From: a virus
Lineage: Duplodnaviria > Caudoviricetes
Length of the DNA: 42,370 nucleotides
IMG/VR virus record: IMGVR_UViG_3300032320_002033
Location: 1 to 42,370 of that record
Direction: 5' to 3' (one strand)
Of the stretch, positions 1 through 9,414 are shown piece after piece (the first letter of the stretch is position 1; each line of letters opens with the position of its first letter). A program made the translations under genes and the position numbers. Below the pieces are notes generated by a model. It was given only the letters and a program-made list of their open reading frames with translations, ran no database searches and was not told the DNA's origin.

Positions 1-1
1 T

Positions 2-3000
2 CCTTTATTAACCTCAGCTAACGTAATTGAATCCGCAAGTAATTTATATTACACAAATGCTAGAGTTTATGTTGCTGCTCTTGACGCAGTTAATCCTAGA
101 TTAACAACGGCAAATGTTACAGAGTTAACAAATCAATACTTTACAAATGTTAGAGTATTACAAGTGGTTAATCCTTTATTAACTACAGCAAACGTAGTTG
201 AAAATAGCGGTTACCTGTATTTTACTTCTCAAAGAGCAAGAGAATCCTTAAGTGCTGGTTCAGGAATCGCATATGATTCGACAACGGGTGTAATTTCTGC
301 AAATACTAGTCAATATTTTGATGCTAATGCTCTTGCAGCAATAATACCGTTATTAACCACAGCAAATGTAGTTGAAACAACAAACAAATATTTTACTAAT
401 ACAAGAGTTTTAGATGCCTTAGCAACTTCCAATGTATTAGTAAATAGTTTAACAATATCTGGCGATTTAGTTGTTCAAGGTAATACAGTAACTCTAAATA
501 CTGGTACGTTAAATGTAGAAGATAAGAACTTATTATTAGGTAATGGATTACCAAATGCTGCTGCCGCGGATGGCGCAGGCATAACAATTGATGGTGCAAA
601 TGCAATATTGACGTATGCGTTTTCTGGTAATAAAATTACCGTCAATAAGGCATTTGAAAGCACCGGTAATATTGTTGCATTTGGAAGTATTTCTGCAGCA
701 AATTGGAATAACTTATATACGTCAAATGTAATTGAATCATCTGGTAATTTATATTTTACAGATGCGAGAGCAATTACTGCAGTTAATCCTAGATTGACGA
801 CTGCAAATGTAACAGAATTAACCAACCTATATTATACCAATGCTAGAGTTAATTCTTTTGTACAGCCATTCTTAACAACCGCAAATGTTATTGAAACTGC
901 AGGTAATTTATACTTTACCAATGCGCGAGTATATTCCGCATTATCAGTTGCAAATGTAGAAATTGGTAATTTAACTGTACGAAGTATATTAACTGTTGGA
1001 TCCGGAACTTCCGGCACAATATACAATGTTGGCAATATCTATGTTACAAATGCTATTGCAGATTCAGTTACATCTAATATTTGGAACAGATTATATACAG
1101 CCAATGTAATTGAAACTAGCGGTAATCTATATTTCACAACCTCAAGAGCAAGAACATCTTTAAGCTCTGGTTTAGGCATTACGTATGATTCTACGACCGG
1201 TATAATTTCCGCTAATGTACAAGCAGGATATACTGATGCGAATGTAAATGCAACAGTTCGTCCGATGTTGACAACTGCTAATGTTATAGAATCTGCAAGC
1301 AATTTATATTACACCAATGCAAGAGTATTAAACGCATTAGTTACTTCTGATTTATTAGCAAATGGTTTAACATTAGCTGGTCAATTAAGAGCAAATGGTT
1401 TAATAATTAGAAATATAAGTGTAGCAGATTCAGTACTTGCAGGTAACGTAACAGGTAGTTCCGTAACAGGTAATACAATTGTTACCGACAGTATCACAGC
1501 TAATATTTGGAACAGATTATATACAGCCAATGTAATTGAAACTAGCGGTAATTTATATTTTACTAATGCAAGAGTCGTATCGGCATTATCCGCAGGACAG
1601 TATATAGTACTTGCATCAAATGGTCAGATTTCCGCAAATATTACGAGTGTTGGCGGAACAACCATAAACAATAGTACAACAAACTTTGTTTATAGTGGTA
1701 ACATAACTGCTGCAGCATACATTGAATTTAATGAAAGCCAAGTAATTTCCATAGTACCAGCTGTTCAAAGCTATAATCTGGCACGTCAGGTTGCAGATGC
1801 TAAGAACATTATGGTTATTCAAGACGGTCTTGTACAAATACCATTCTTGGATTATACAGTTTCAGGAAACGTCTTAACACTTACGGAAACAGTAGCTTCT
1901 AATTCAAATGTTGAAGTTCGTTACTTTGGACTCAAAGCAGCAGATTATATTGCTCCATCATTACTAGCTACCGTTAATACTTTTGTCGGTGATGGTAATA
2001 CAAGTTATACATTATCGTTAAATCCTGTAAGCAAGAATTATTTAGCAATCAATATTGATGGTGTTATACAATTATCTGATACGTATGATGTAAGTTCTAG
2101 TACATTAACATTTACAGAAGCACCTCCATTAGGAGCAAATATTGACGTAAGAATTTGGTCAGGTATTGTTAATGCATCGTTCGCTGCAAGAACATTTGTG
2201 GGAACAGGTACAACGACTCAATTTAGTATTTCTTCAAATTTAACTGCAGAAAGCATTTTAGTATTTGAAAATGGTGTTGCCCAAGTACCTACAATAGATT
2301 ATACATATTCTGGAGGTTTAGTAACATTTACCACAGCACCTGCTGCAAATGTTGTTATTCAAGTTAGAGAATTAGGTATTGCCACACCTGATGGTTCAGC
2401 TAATGTCATAAATGCTATTAGAAATAGAGATCTACAAACTAATAATTTATTCCCAACAGATGATGGTGTATATGATTTAGGTACAACTGGTGCAAGATAT
2501 AGAAATGTATATTCTTCAAATACTGTAACCTCAAGTAATATAGTATCAACGGTAGGCGTTACAACAAATATTGTAACAACAAATACTATACGAACAAATG
2601 CTATAATAACTTCTTCAGTACAAGCAAATAATATAACAGCAAATACTGTAGTATCAACGACTGTACAAGCAAATACATTAATAGTTAAACCTAGTTCGGT
2701 TCCTTATTATGCAACTGATTATGGAGTTCCTGGAACTATTGCTTGGAGCAATGCTTATATATACGTTTGTACTGCGACAAATACTTGGACAAGAGCTACC
2801 TTATCTACTTGGCCAGCTCCTCCTCCACCTAATATTGGTTATTTGGTTGTTGGTGGAGGAGGTGGTGGAGGTTCTCGTCACGGTGGAGGTGGAGGTGCAG
2901 GTGGATTTAGAGCAGGCACAATATCTGGATTATCAGGTAGTATAACAGTTACTGTTGGTGCAGGTGGACCGGGAAATAGTGATACGGGAACTTCAACTGT

Positions 3001-3688
3001 TGGTACAAGTGGTAGTGATTCTGTTTTCTCAAATGTAACATCTTCAGGTGGAGGTGCAGGCGGAGGAAGTAGTCCAGGTGGTTTGACTGGTGGTTCAGGT
3101 GGCGGTGGTGGTAATGGATCTGTTGGCCAACCTGCTATAGCAATAACTCCATTACCTGGAGAAACTACGAGCGTACAAGGTTATGCTGGTGGAAGTGGTG
3201 CAAGTCCGTTTAATCAAGATTATTGGGGAGCTGGAGGCGGCGGCGCAGGCGGAGCAGGGCAAAATGCCACCGAAGGAAAAGCAGGGGGAGCTGGCGCTAA
3301 TGCCAACATAACCGGTGCAAATGTAATTTACGCGTGCGGTGGCGGTGGAGGTGCGTTCCAAGGACTGGGTGCCGGCGGTGCCGGTGGCGATGGTGGATCC
3401 AACAACATAAACGGCGGTAGAGGTACAGGTAGCAATGCAGGTAGTAACGGTGCAACAAATACTGGAACTGGAGGTGGCGGTGGCGGTGGAGCTACGGTAG
3501 GACTTAATGGTGGTTCAGGTGTTGTTATTCTTTCCTACCCTGCAGAATATTCAGATTTAGCTTCAGTTTCGGCAGGATTAGTATGTAACGGATCTGCAGG
3601 CAATGCTGTAGCTAATACGACTTTACGCGCCGGTTATAAGATATATCAATTTACTTCCGGTACAGGAACAATTTCTTGGGGTCAATGA
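2..3688 (+). CDS. Long tail fibre / virion fibre protein (5'-truncated) with C-terminal glycine-rich tip domain
   Basis: Frame is open from base 2 (PLLTSANVIESASNLYYTNAR...), so the GTG at 164 is not the start. Contains ~10 LxTxNVxE..NLY(F/Y)TxxR repeats, three (I/F)xDG..Q....Y...G..LTFT.AP repeats (~1770-2375), a T/N/V-rich shaft and a Gly-rich C-terminal domain (~2830-3688). Confidence 0.8.
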   Translation, partial: PLLTSANVIESASNLYYTNARVYVAALDAVNPRLTTANVTELTNQYFTNVRVLQVVNPLLTTANVVENSGYLYFTSQRARESLSAGSGIAYDSTTGVISANTSQYFDANALAAIIPLLTTANVVETTNKYFTNTRVLDALATSNVLVNSLTISGDLVVQGNTVTLNTGTLNVEDKNLLLGNGLPNAAAADGAGITIDGANAILTYAFSGNKITVNKAFESTGNIVAFGSISAANWNNLYTSNVIESSGNLYFTDARAITAVNPRLTTANVTELTNLYYTNARVNSFVQPFLTTANVIETAGNLYFTNARVYSALSVANVEIGNLTVRSILTVGSGTSGTIYNVGNIYVTNAIADSVTSNIWNRLYTANVIETSGNLYFTTSRARTSLSSGLGITYDSTTGIISANVQAGYTDANVNATVRPMLTTANVIESASNLYYTNARVLNALVTSDLLANGLTLAGQLRANGLIIRNISVADSVLAGNVTGSSVTGNTIVTDSITANIWNRLYTANVIETSGNLYFTNARVVSALSAGQYIVLASNGQISANITSVGGTTINNSTTNFVYSGNITAAAYIEFNESQVISIVPAVQSYNLARQVADAKNIMVIQDGLVQIPFLDYTVSGNVLTLTETVASNSNVEVRYFGLKAADYIAPSLLATVNTFVGDGNTSYTLSLNPVSKNYLAINIDGVIQLSDTYDVSSSTLTFTEAPPLGANIDVRIWSGIVNASFAARTFVGTGTTTQFSISSNLTAESILVFENGVAQVPTIDYTYSGGLVTFTTAPAANVVIQVRELGIATPDGSANVINAIRNRDLQTNNLFPTDDGVYDLGTTGARYRNVYSSNTVTSSNIVSTVGVTTNIVTTNTIRTNAIITSSVQANNITANTVVSTTVQANTLIVKPSSVPYYATDYGVPGTIAWSNAYIYVCTATNTWTRATLSTWPAPPPPNIGYLVVGGGGGGGSRHGGGGGAGGFRAGTISGLSGSITVTVGAGGPGNSDTGTSTVGTSGSDSVFSNVTSSGGGAGGGSSPGGLTGGSGGGGGNGSVGQPAIAITPLPGETTSVQGYAGGSGASPFNQDYWGAGGGGAGGAGQNATEGKAGGAGANANITGANVIYACGGGGGAFQGLGAGGAGGDGGSNNINGGRGTGSNAGSNGATNTGTGGGGGGGATVGLNGGSGVVILSYPAEYSDLASVSAGLVCNGSAGNAVANTTLRAGYKIYQFTSGTGTISWGQ
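1074..1552 (+). repeat. Exact 53-bp direct repeat (1074-1126 and 1500-1552) within the fibre gene
   Basis: ctaatatttggaacagattatatacagccaatgtaattgaaactagcggtaat occurs twice, 426 nt (142 codons) apart and in frame. Confidence 0.9.
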
Positions 3689-4053
3689 TGGCATATTACG
3701 CATTTTTGGATGAAAACAATATTGTAACAGAAGTTATTACTGGTCTTGATGAGGGAACCAATGGCATTAATTGGGAAACTCATTACGGTCTTATTCGTAA
3801 TCAATTCTGTAAAAGAACAAGTTATAACACAATAGGAGGTCAGCACACAAATGGCGGAAATCCTTTTAGAAAAAATTATGCAGGAATAGGGTATACATAT
3901 GATTCTTCTAGAGACGCATTTATTCCACCTAAACCGTATGCCAGTTGGACGTTAAACGAGAATACTTGTTTGTGGGATTCGCCGACTCCCGTCCCAACGG
4001 ATGATAAAAATTATAAATGGGATGAACCAACTCTATCTTGGATAGAGGTATAA
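3688..4053 (+). CDS. ~120-aa RKNYAG-family partner of glycine-rich protein (copy 1)
   Basis: TGATG overlap with the fibre stop. MAYYAFLDENNIVTEVI...RTSYNT...FRKNYAGIGYTYD..RDAFIPPKPY.SW.LNE.TC.W; paralogue of 5619 and 30999. Confidence 0.8.
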   Translation: MAYYAFLDENNIVTEVITGLDEGTNGINWETHYGLIRNQFCKRTSYNTIGGQHTNGGNPFRKNYAGIGYTYDSSRDAFIPPKPYASWTLNENTCLWDSPTPVPTDDKNYKWDEPTLSWIEV

Positions 4054-4062
4054 GAGGAAAAA

Positions 4063-4284
4063 ATGGCGCGCCGAATAGATAAAACACAAGTTAGAGATAC
4101 TGCAAATGTATTAAATATAAATGCAGGGCCCTTTGTCACTTTGGCTGCAAATGGTCAGATAGGAGTAACGATTTCTGCAGGCTCAGGAATTGTTGTTGCT
4201 GCAAATGGTCAGATTGGAACTGCTGCAGCTGCAAGTACAGGAGTATCTGAAACCGTTAACCCATTACTGCTATCATTATTATAA
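4063..4284 (+). CDS. Small fibre-like protein with ANGQI repeats and C-terminal NPLLLSLL
   Basis: SD GAGG. Two AANGQI repeats resemble LASNGQI in the long fibre; the C-terminus resembles that of the 28278 ORF (DPFLLSGM). Confidence 0.7.
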   Translation: MARRIDKTQVRDTANVLNINAGPFVTLAANGQIGVTISAGSGIVVAANGQIGTAAAASTGVSETVNPLLLSLL

Positions 4285-4293
4285 GGAATTAGA

Positions 4294-4623
4294 ATGCCAG
4301 CACTTTATAAAGTTTTAGGGCAGGCGATGCCCATTGCAAATACTTTTACAGATTTATATACTGTTCCTGCGGGAGCAAACGCAATTGTATCTACAATTAA
4401 TTTATGTAATACTACTGCAAGTAATGTTTCTTTTAGATTAGCAGTTAGGCCAGCAGGGGCAACATTACTTGCTAGGCATTATCTTGCATTCGAAGCACCC
4501 ATCACAGGACAGGATGCTATAGCATTATCTTTAGGTATTACATTAGGACAAACTGATGTACTAACAGGCTTTTCTATTCAAGGCAATGTGGCAATGAATG
4601 TATTTGGGACGGAGTTGACATAA
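4294..4623 (+). CDS. ~110-aa putative structural adaptor (YKVLGQ...LYTVP...FG.E family), copy 1
   Basis: Clear paralogue of 28509-28841 and of the N-terminus of 39738-40964. Confidence 0.75.
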   Translation: MPALYKVLGQAMPIANTFTDLYTVPAGANAIVSTINLCNTTASNVSFRLAVRPAGATLLARHYLAFEAPITGQDAIALSLGITLGQTDVLTGFSIQGNVAMNVFGTELT

Positions 4624-5616
4624 ATGAGTATCAAAATTACAGGATCTGGTGTAAATATAAATTTGACCGGAGGATTTTCCAGTAAAAATATTAATCAAAA
4701 AAGAATTCCTCCTATTACACAAGGTGTATCTGGAGTAGAACTACTATTAGTTGGCGGCGGTGGCGGAGCCGGATGCAGACATGCAGGCGGAGCTGCTGGC
4801 GGAGGAATGTTGGCAGGACCTGCAGTAACAATGACTCTCGCTACAGGAATACCTTATACTCTTACAATCGGTGCAGGCGGAGCTAAAAGTAATCAAAATG
4901 GTCCAATGGGTACCAATGGTGGCAATACTAGTATTGCTGGTTTTTTTACAGCATCAGGCGGCGGACTAGGCGGGCAATTCCAAGATTCTCTCACAAATGG
5001 ACTATATGGTACACCGGCAAATAATTCATCTTTGAATGGATATCCTGGAGGTTCAGGTGGCGGTTCCGGAGGACATAACTCATCTAGAGATGCAGGTATC
5101 GGAAATGGTGCAGGTAGCCCATTAGGAACAGGTTTTCCGGGTGGGACAGGGTCAGGTGGCCCAGATTGGGCAGGCGGTGGAGGCGGAGGAGCAGGCGGAA
5201 CAGGGCAAAATAATCCAAGTAATCCTACCGGTGGGAATGGAGGATTGGCAGCACCAAATAACATCACTGGTTCATGGGTTTGGTATGCAGGTGGTGGAGG
5301 TGGTGGCGGCAATCCTGGAGGATTAGGCGGAGGTACCAGTATTTCTGCACAAAAGGGCGGAGCCACAGACGGCGTCGGATCTGGCGGGTCGCCAGGAATC
5401 GCTAATACTGGAGGAGGCGCTGGAGGTGCTAGAGATACTGGCGGCAATAACGGTAATAATGGCGGTTCAGGTATACTTATAATGGCATATCCCACTGCAT
5501 TTTCAAATTTAACTGTTAGTGGAGGGTTATCCTTTACAGTAGATTTCGCAGGTAGAGCAAACTATAAAGTTTATAGTTTTACTGCCGGCACAGGCACAAT
5601 TACTTATCCGGGATAA
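4624..5616 (+). CDS. Glycine-rich (polyglycine-II type) putative adhesin
   Basis: LLLVGGGGGAG...YAGGGGGG...NTGGGAGG...GGSGILIMAYP...YKVYSFTAGTGTI; same scaffold as the fibre C-terminus. Confidence 0.75.
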   Translation: MSIKITGSGVNINLTGGFSSKNINQKRIPPITQGVSGVELLLVGGGGGAGCRHAGGAAGGGMLAGPAVTMTLATGIPYTLTIGAGGAKSNQNGPMGTNGGNTSIAGFFTASGGGLGGQFQDSLTNGLYGTPANNSSLNGYPGGSGGGSGGHNSSRDAGIGNGAGSPLGTGFPGGTGSGGPDWAGGGGGGAGGTGQNNPSNPTGGNGGLAAPNNITGSWVWYAGGGGGGGNPGGLGGGTSISAQKGGATDGVGSGGSPGIANTGGGAGGARDTGGNNGNNGGSGILIMAYPTAFSNLTVSGGLSFTVDFAGRANYKVYSFTAGTGTITYPG

Positions 5617-5618
5617 TT

Positions 5619-6002
5619 ATGGCACATTACGCATTTTTAAATGAGAATAATATCGTAACAGAGGTAATCCCCGGAAAAGACGAGGGGGAAGATGGTATTG
5701 ATTGGGAAGTTTGGTACGGAGAATTTCGAGGCCAAACTTGCAAAAGAACTAGTTACAATACGTCTGCAGGAATACACGAAAAAAATGGAACTCCTTTTAG
5801 AAAAAATTATGCAGGAGTAGGTTTTACATATGATGCACAACGAGATGCATTCATTCCTCCGAAACCTTTTCCTAGCTGGGTATTGAATGAAGAAACTTGT
5901 CTATATGATTCTCCAACTCCATATCCAAAAGACGAAAACAGAAATGTTTACGTTTGGAATGAAGAAACAGTAGCTTGGGAACGTTTGCGATACCCCGAAT
6001 AG
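5619..6002 (+). CDS. RKNYAG-family partner protein (copy 2)
   Basis: MAHYAFLNENNIVTEVI...FRKNYAGVGFTYDAQRDAFIPPKP; directly follows a Gly-rich gene. Confidence 0.8.
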   Translation: MAHYAFLNENNIVTEVIPGKDEGEDGIDWEVWYGEFRGQTCKRTSYNTSAGIHEKNGTPFRKNYAGVGFTYDAQRDAFIPPKPFPSWVLNEETCLYDSPTPYPKDENRNVYVWNEETVAWERLRYPE

Positions 6003-6012
6003 GTAAATAAAA

Positions 6013-6381
6013 ATGGCAAAATTTAAAGTATCAGAATTAACAGAAGTAACTACAGCGCAGGCAACAGATTTACTTTATATAGTACAATCTAATACCAGTA
6101 AAAGAATATCTGTAGGCAATTTATTATCTACCTATGTAACAAGTGGTAATAGTAATATAAGAATTTCTTCACCTGGCGGCAACGTCGCAGTATCTGCTGG
6201 AGGAACTACTTGGAGATTTAATCCTAACGGTACCTTTACTTTACCTATTTTATCTTCTGCTCCTGCAAATGTTACTGCGGGCAGTATAGCAATTGCAGAT
6301 GGTTCCGGTTGGAACCCTGCAAATACCGGCGCACAAACTATCGTGTGCTATATTAATAGTGCATGGACTAAATTGAACTAA
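6013..6381 (+). CDS. Small virion structural/fibre-associated protein
   Basis: N-terminal KVSELT...DLLYIV...SKRISV motif typical of phage fibre N-termini; structural-gene context. Confidence 0.6.
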   Translation: MAKFKVSELTEVTTAQATDLLYIVQSNTSKRISVGNLLSTYVTSGNSNIRISSPGGNVAVSAGGTTWRFNPNGTFTLPILSSAPANVTAGSIAIADGSGWNPANTGAQTIVCYINSAWTKLN

Positions 6382-6382
6382 C

Positions 6383-8038
6383 ATGAGCGTCGAACAAGAA
6401 TATGTTGTAGTCTTAAAAGCTGATGCGAATTACGAAGAGTTTTGGCATGAAGTTGAAACTGAAACTTCTGGTTTAGAATATATTCCAAATAGAGCAGTTA
6501 CAATTGTTAATGAGCGTATAGCTTTTGAAAGAAACTGCCATTATTCTCTTACAGACGAGGAAGCAAATTTACTTAAACAAGATCCTCGTGTAGAATGCAT
6601 AAGTGTTCCCCCAGAAAAAACAAAATTTAAAATTGGTAATTACGCTCAAAGACGAGGGTTCTATGTTAAACCTCAATCTGGTAGTGCAGGGGAACTGTGT
6701 AATTGGGGATTAATGCGTTCTGGCTATGTATTGGATACGTTTTTTACTGCAACTGTTAATGATCCTGGATATGGAAACATCTATAAGGTAAATACTACAA
6801 ATTCAAATAAAGCAAGAGCAAACGTAGTTAATTATATTTTAGATGGCACAGGTGTTGATGTAATTGTTACTGACAGCGGCATAGAATGGAATCACCCAGA
6901 ATTTAGAAATGATAAGGGGGAATCCAGAGTACAACGAATAGATTGGTTTACAACTACCGGATTATCTGGTACGCAAAATGCAAATCATTATAGAGATTTT
7001 GATGGACACGGTACGCATGTAGCATCAATTGCTGCCGGTAGAAATTACGGCTGGGCAAGAAATGCAAATATCTATTCTATAAAAATTAATGGATTAGAAG
7101 GATCAGGGGATAGTAGCACCGGCATATCAATTACAAATACTTTTGATTTAATTAAATTATTTCACAGACAAAAACCAATTGATCCTGTAACAGGTGTAAA
7201 ACGCCCAACGGTGGTAAATATGAGTTGGGGGTTCAATAATAGTTTTCAAAGTTTAGCAAATGTTTTTTATAGAGGAACTGTTAGAACAGGTTCTTCTGTT
7301 ACAGGAAACGCAGTTTTTAGATGGATGAACTATGGATTGACATCTTTAAATGATGGATCAAGTTATTATGGCAATGGATGGCTAGATTTTGTAGATACGT
7401 GGGTAGATGATTTAGTTAAAGAAGGGGTTCATGTAGTTATAGCAGCAGGTAATTGGTATATGAAAAATTCCAGTTCAACTGACCCAGATTGGAATAACTA
7501 TTATTATGAAACCTCACCTACATTTGGGCCAGTATATTATCATAAAGGAAAAAGTCCTCAAAGCGCAAATGCAGTAATAGTTGGTGCTGTTGCAGTTGAT
7601 CTTACCTTTCCAAACTACGAGCAAAAAGATACCTATAGTAATGGTGGCACAGGTGTAGACATGTATGCTCCAGGTTCGGGCATTGTTGCAGCATGTAGTA
7701 ATACGAATGTTCAGGGTGGAGTTACTTATAATTTTGATCCAAGTTTTAAACAAGTAAATCTTGGTGGTACTAGTATGGCATCTCCCCAAGTTGCAGGGGT
7801 TCTTGCATTATATTTGCAAATGAATCCGGGTGCCAAACCTGCAGAAACTAAAAAATGGTTATTACAAAATGCTTCAAATACGACCCTTTACGATGTTGCT
7901 GCAAGCTCTAATAAATACTTCACAACGAATGCTTTATGGGGAGGCAATAAGAAATATTTGTATAATCCTTTAGCAATTTCACAAGATGGCGCAATAACAA
8001 ATTTAACACTTGAAAATTGTGTTCTAACTTTAAAATAA
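6383..8038 (+). CDS. Subtilisin-like serine protease (peptidase S8) with N-terminal prodomain-like region
   Basis: Catalytic motifs VDVIVTDSG (Asp), GHGTHVASIAAG (His), AAGN (oxyanion Asn) and GTSMASPQVAG (Ser). Confidence 0.92.
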   Translation: MSVEQEYVVVLKADANYEEFWHEVETETSGLEYIPNRAVTIVNERIAFERNCHYSLTDEEANLLKQDPRVECISVPPEKTKFKIGNYAQRRGFYVKPQSGSAGELCNWGLMRSGYVLDTFFTATVNDPGYGNIYKVNTTNSNKARANVVNYILDGTGVDVIVTDSGIEWNHPEFRNDKGESRVQRIDWFTTTGLSGTQNANHYRDFDGHGTHVASIAAGRNYGWARNANIYSIKINGLEGSGDSSTGISITNTFDLIKLFHRQKPIDPVTGVKRPTVVNMSWGFNNSFQSLANVFYRGTVRTGSSVTGNAVFRWMNYGLTSLNDGSSYYGNGWLDFVDTWVDDLVKEGVHVVIAAGNWYMKNSSSTDPDWNNYYYETSPTFGPVYYHKGKSPQSANAVIVGAVAVDLTFPNYEQKDTYSNGGTGVDMYAPGSGIVAACSNTNVQGGVTYNFDPSFKQVNLGGTSMASPQVAGVLALYLQMNPGAKPAETKKWLLQNASNTTLYDVAASSNKYFTTNALWGGNKKYLYNPLAISQDGAITNLTLENCVLTLK

Positions 8039-8045
8039 AAATAAT

Positions 8046-8435
8046 ATGCAATTTGAATTGACTGAAGAAAATTTTATTATGTTCGCGGTAAAAAATTACG
8101 ATAACCCAGGTTGTCATGGGATGGATGAATTTTATGATGATTTAAAAAGATTTAAGTATATTAAACGTCTATTGCGAAAACATAATGTAGGTAAAGATCT
8201 AAAAGAAAGATTAATACTTAATCATATAATTGTACTAGGAAATTTATTTGGGGTAGAAGCAACAACTAAAATGTTGTTCTTTAAATTAGAAAAAAAGTTT
8301 TGGTCTCAGATAAAAACTTTCCTAGTATTTTTAAATTTTATGCCATTGAAAGTTATAGTATCAGCAGGTGTTATTATCTTAGATGCAGATATACCGTTAG
8401 ACGAAGATATTTTAGAAACTTTAAAGAAGATATAA
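8046..8435 (+). CDS. Conserved T4-like phage hypothetical protein
   Basis: ELTEENF..FA.K.YDNP.C...EFYDDLKRFKYIKRL...ERLILNHII pattern recalled from aquatic T4-like phages. Confidence 0.7.
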   Translation: MQFELTEENFIMFAVKNYDNPGCHGMDEFYDDLKRFKYIKRLLRKHNVGKDLKERLILNHIIVLGNLFGVEATTKMLFFKLEKKFWSQIKTFLVFLNFMPLKVIVSAGVIILDADIPLDEDILETLKKI

Positions 8436-8436
8436 A

Positions 8437-9006
8437 ATGGGAAGATTTGTAGATTCAATTATTACTTTTAGAATTTTACATCTATTAGTAACTCCCTTTA
8501 ATCAGACAGAGGCATTTCGCCGCGGCATTATAGATGCTAAAGGGAAAGAATTAAAACGAATGAGAGATCTACATTCTGTTGAAGATAGAGATGCATATAC
8601 TCTACTCCATAGATTGGTTTATAGATTAAAAAAGATTATAGAAAAAGTACCTGTAGAAAACAAAAAGTTTCTTTCCATTGCTGCAGCATATTCTCTTATT
8701 AAAGAGCATTATGAATTTGGCAAAGAACCAATTAATCTTGAAGAACAATTTCTCAATAAATTAAATGAGGATTTGGACGATGAGATTGCAGAGGTAGAAA
8801 AACTATTAAACGAGAAAAAAATGTTCACATTTAAACAATTTAATGAGGACATGGGAGCTGCTCCTGCTAATAACGCTGCAGCCAGCCCAGGGGTGGAAGG
8901 TTTAGATAAGAATGTTCCTGTAAGCAAAAAGGCACAAAAGAAATATACTGCAGGTAATACTACCGGTATCATTCAGCCTATGTTCAAAAGAGGCGGAGTA
9001 AAATAA
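8437..9006 (+). CDS. Conserved T4-like hypothetical protein (possibly head-associated)
   Basis: L.TPF..T.AF..GIIDA.G motif; internal FTFKQFNE resembles T4-type head-protein processing/targeting motifs. Confidence 0.6.
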   Translation: MGRFVDSIITFRILHLLVTPFNQTEAFRRGIIDAKGKELKRMRDLHSVEDRDAYTLLHRLVYRLKKIIEKVPVENKKFLSIAAAYSLIKEHYEFGKEPINLEEQFLNKLNEDLDDEIAEVEKLLNEKKMFTFKQFNEDMGAAPANNAAASPGVEGLDKNVPVSKKAQKKYTAGNTTGIIQPMFKRGGVK

Positions 9007-9007
9007 A

Positions 9008-9358
9008 ATGCCCGATTCGAAACCTAATAATATTCGTAGTCTAGATACAGATATTCGTGTTTCAGTTTTAGAAACACAAATAACATCTTTGGCTAATGAT
9101 CTTGAAAAAATCGAAAAGAAGATGGACGATAACTATACTGTACTACACAAAAGAATAAACGATCTGGATAGTACATTTGAAGCCAAAAATGAAAAGATCA
9201 TAGAAAAAATTGATGCTCATAGCGTAATTAGCACTCAACATAATTTAGAATTGTTGTCCAAAATTAATATGATTGAAAAATGGCGATGGATGATTATGGG
9301 CGGTGCTTTGGTTGTAGGTTACGTGTTGGCTCATATTAAAATGGAAAATTTGTTCTAA
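9008..9358 (+). CDS. Coiled-coil protein with C-terminal TM helix (XhlA/holin-like candidate)
   Basis: Heptad-rich body followed by KWRWMIMGGALVVGYVLAHI. Confidence 0.5.
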   Translation: MPDSKPNNIRSLDTDIRVSVLETQITSLANDLEKIEKKMDDNYTVLHKRINDLDSTFEAKNEKIIEKIDAHSVISTQHNLELLSKINMIEKWRWMIMGGALVVGYVLAHIKMENLF

Positions 9359-9362
9359 ACAC

Positions 9363-9391
9363 TTGACATCTTATTGTTTTTAATATATAAT
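9363..9391 (+). promoter_or_regulatory. Consensus sigma70 promoter upstream of primase
   Basis: TTGACA (9363-9368), 17 bp, TATAAT (9386-9391). Confidence 0.85.
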
Positions 9392-9414
9392 TTAGGCTTC
9401 CTATAGGAGTCTAA

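Noticed and set aside
2-1575. Repeats at the window start as a possible CRISPR array
   Set aside because: The repeats are in-frame, degenerate at synonymous positions and irregularly spaced, so they are protein repeats. No cas genes are present.
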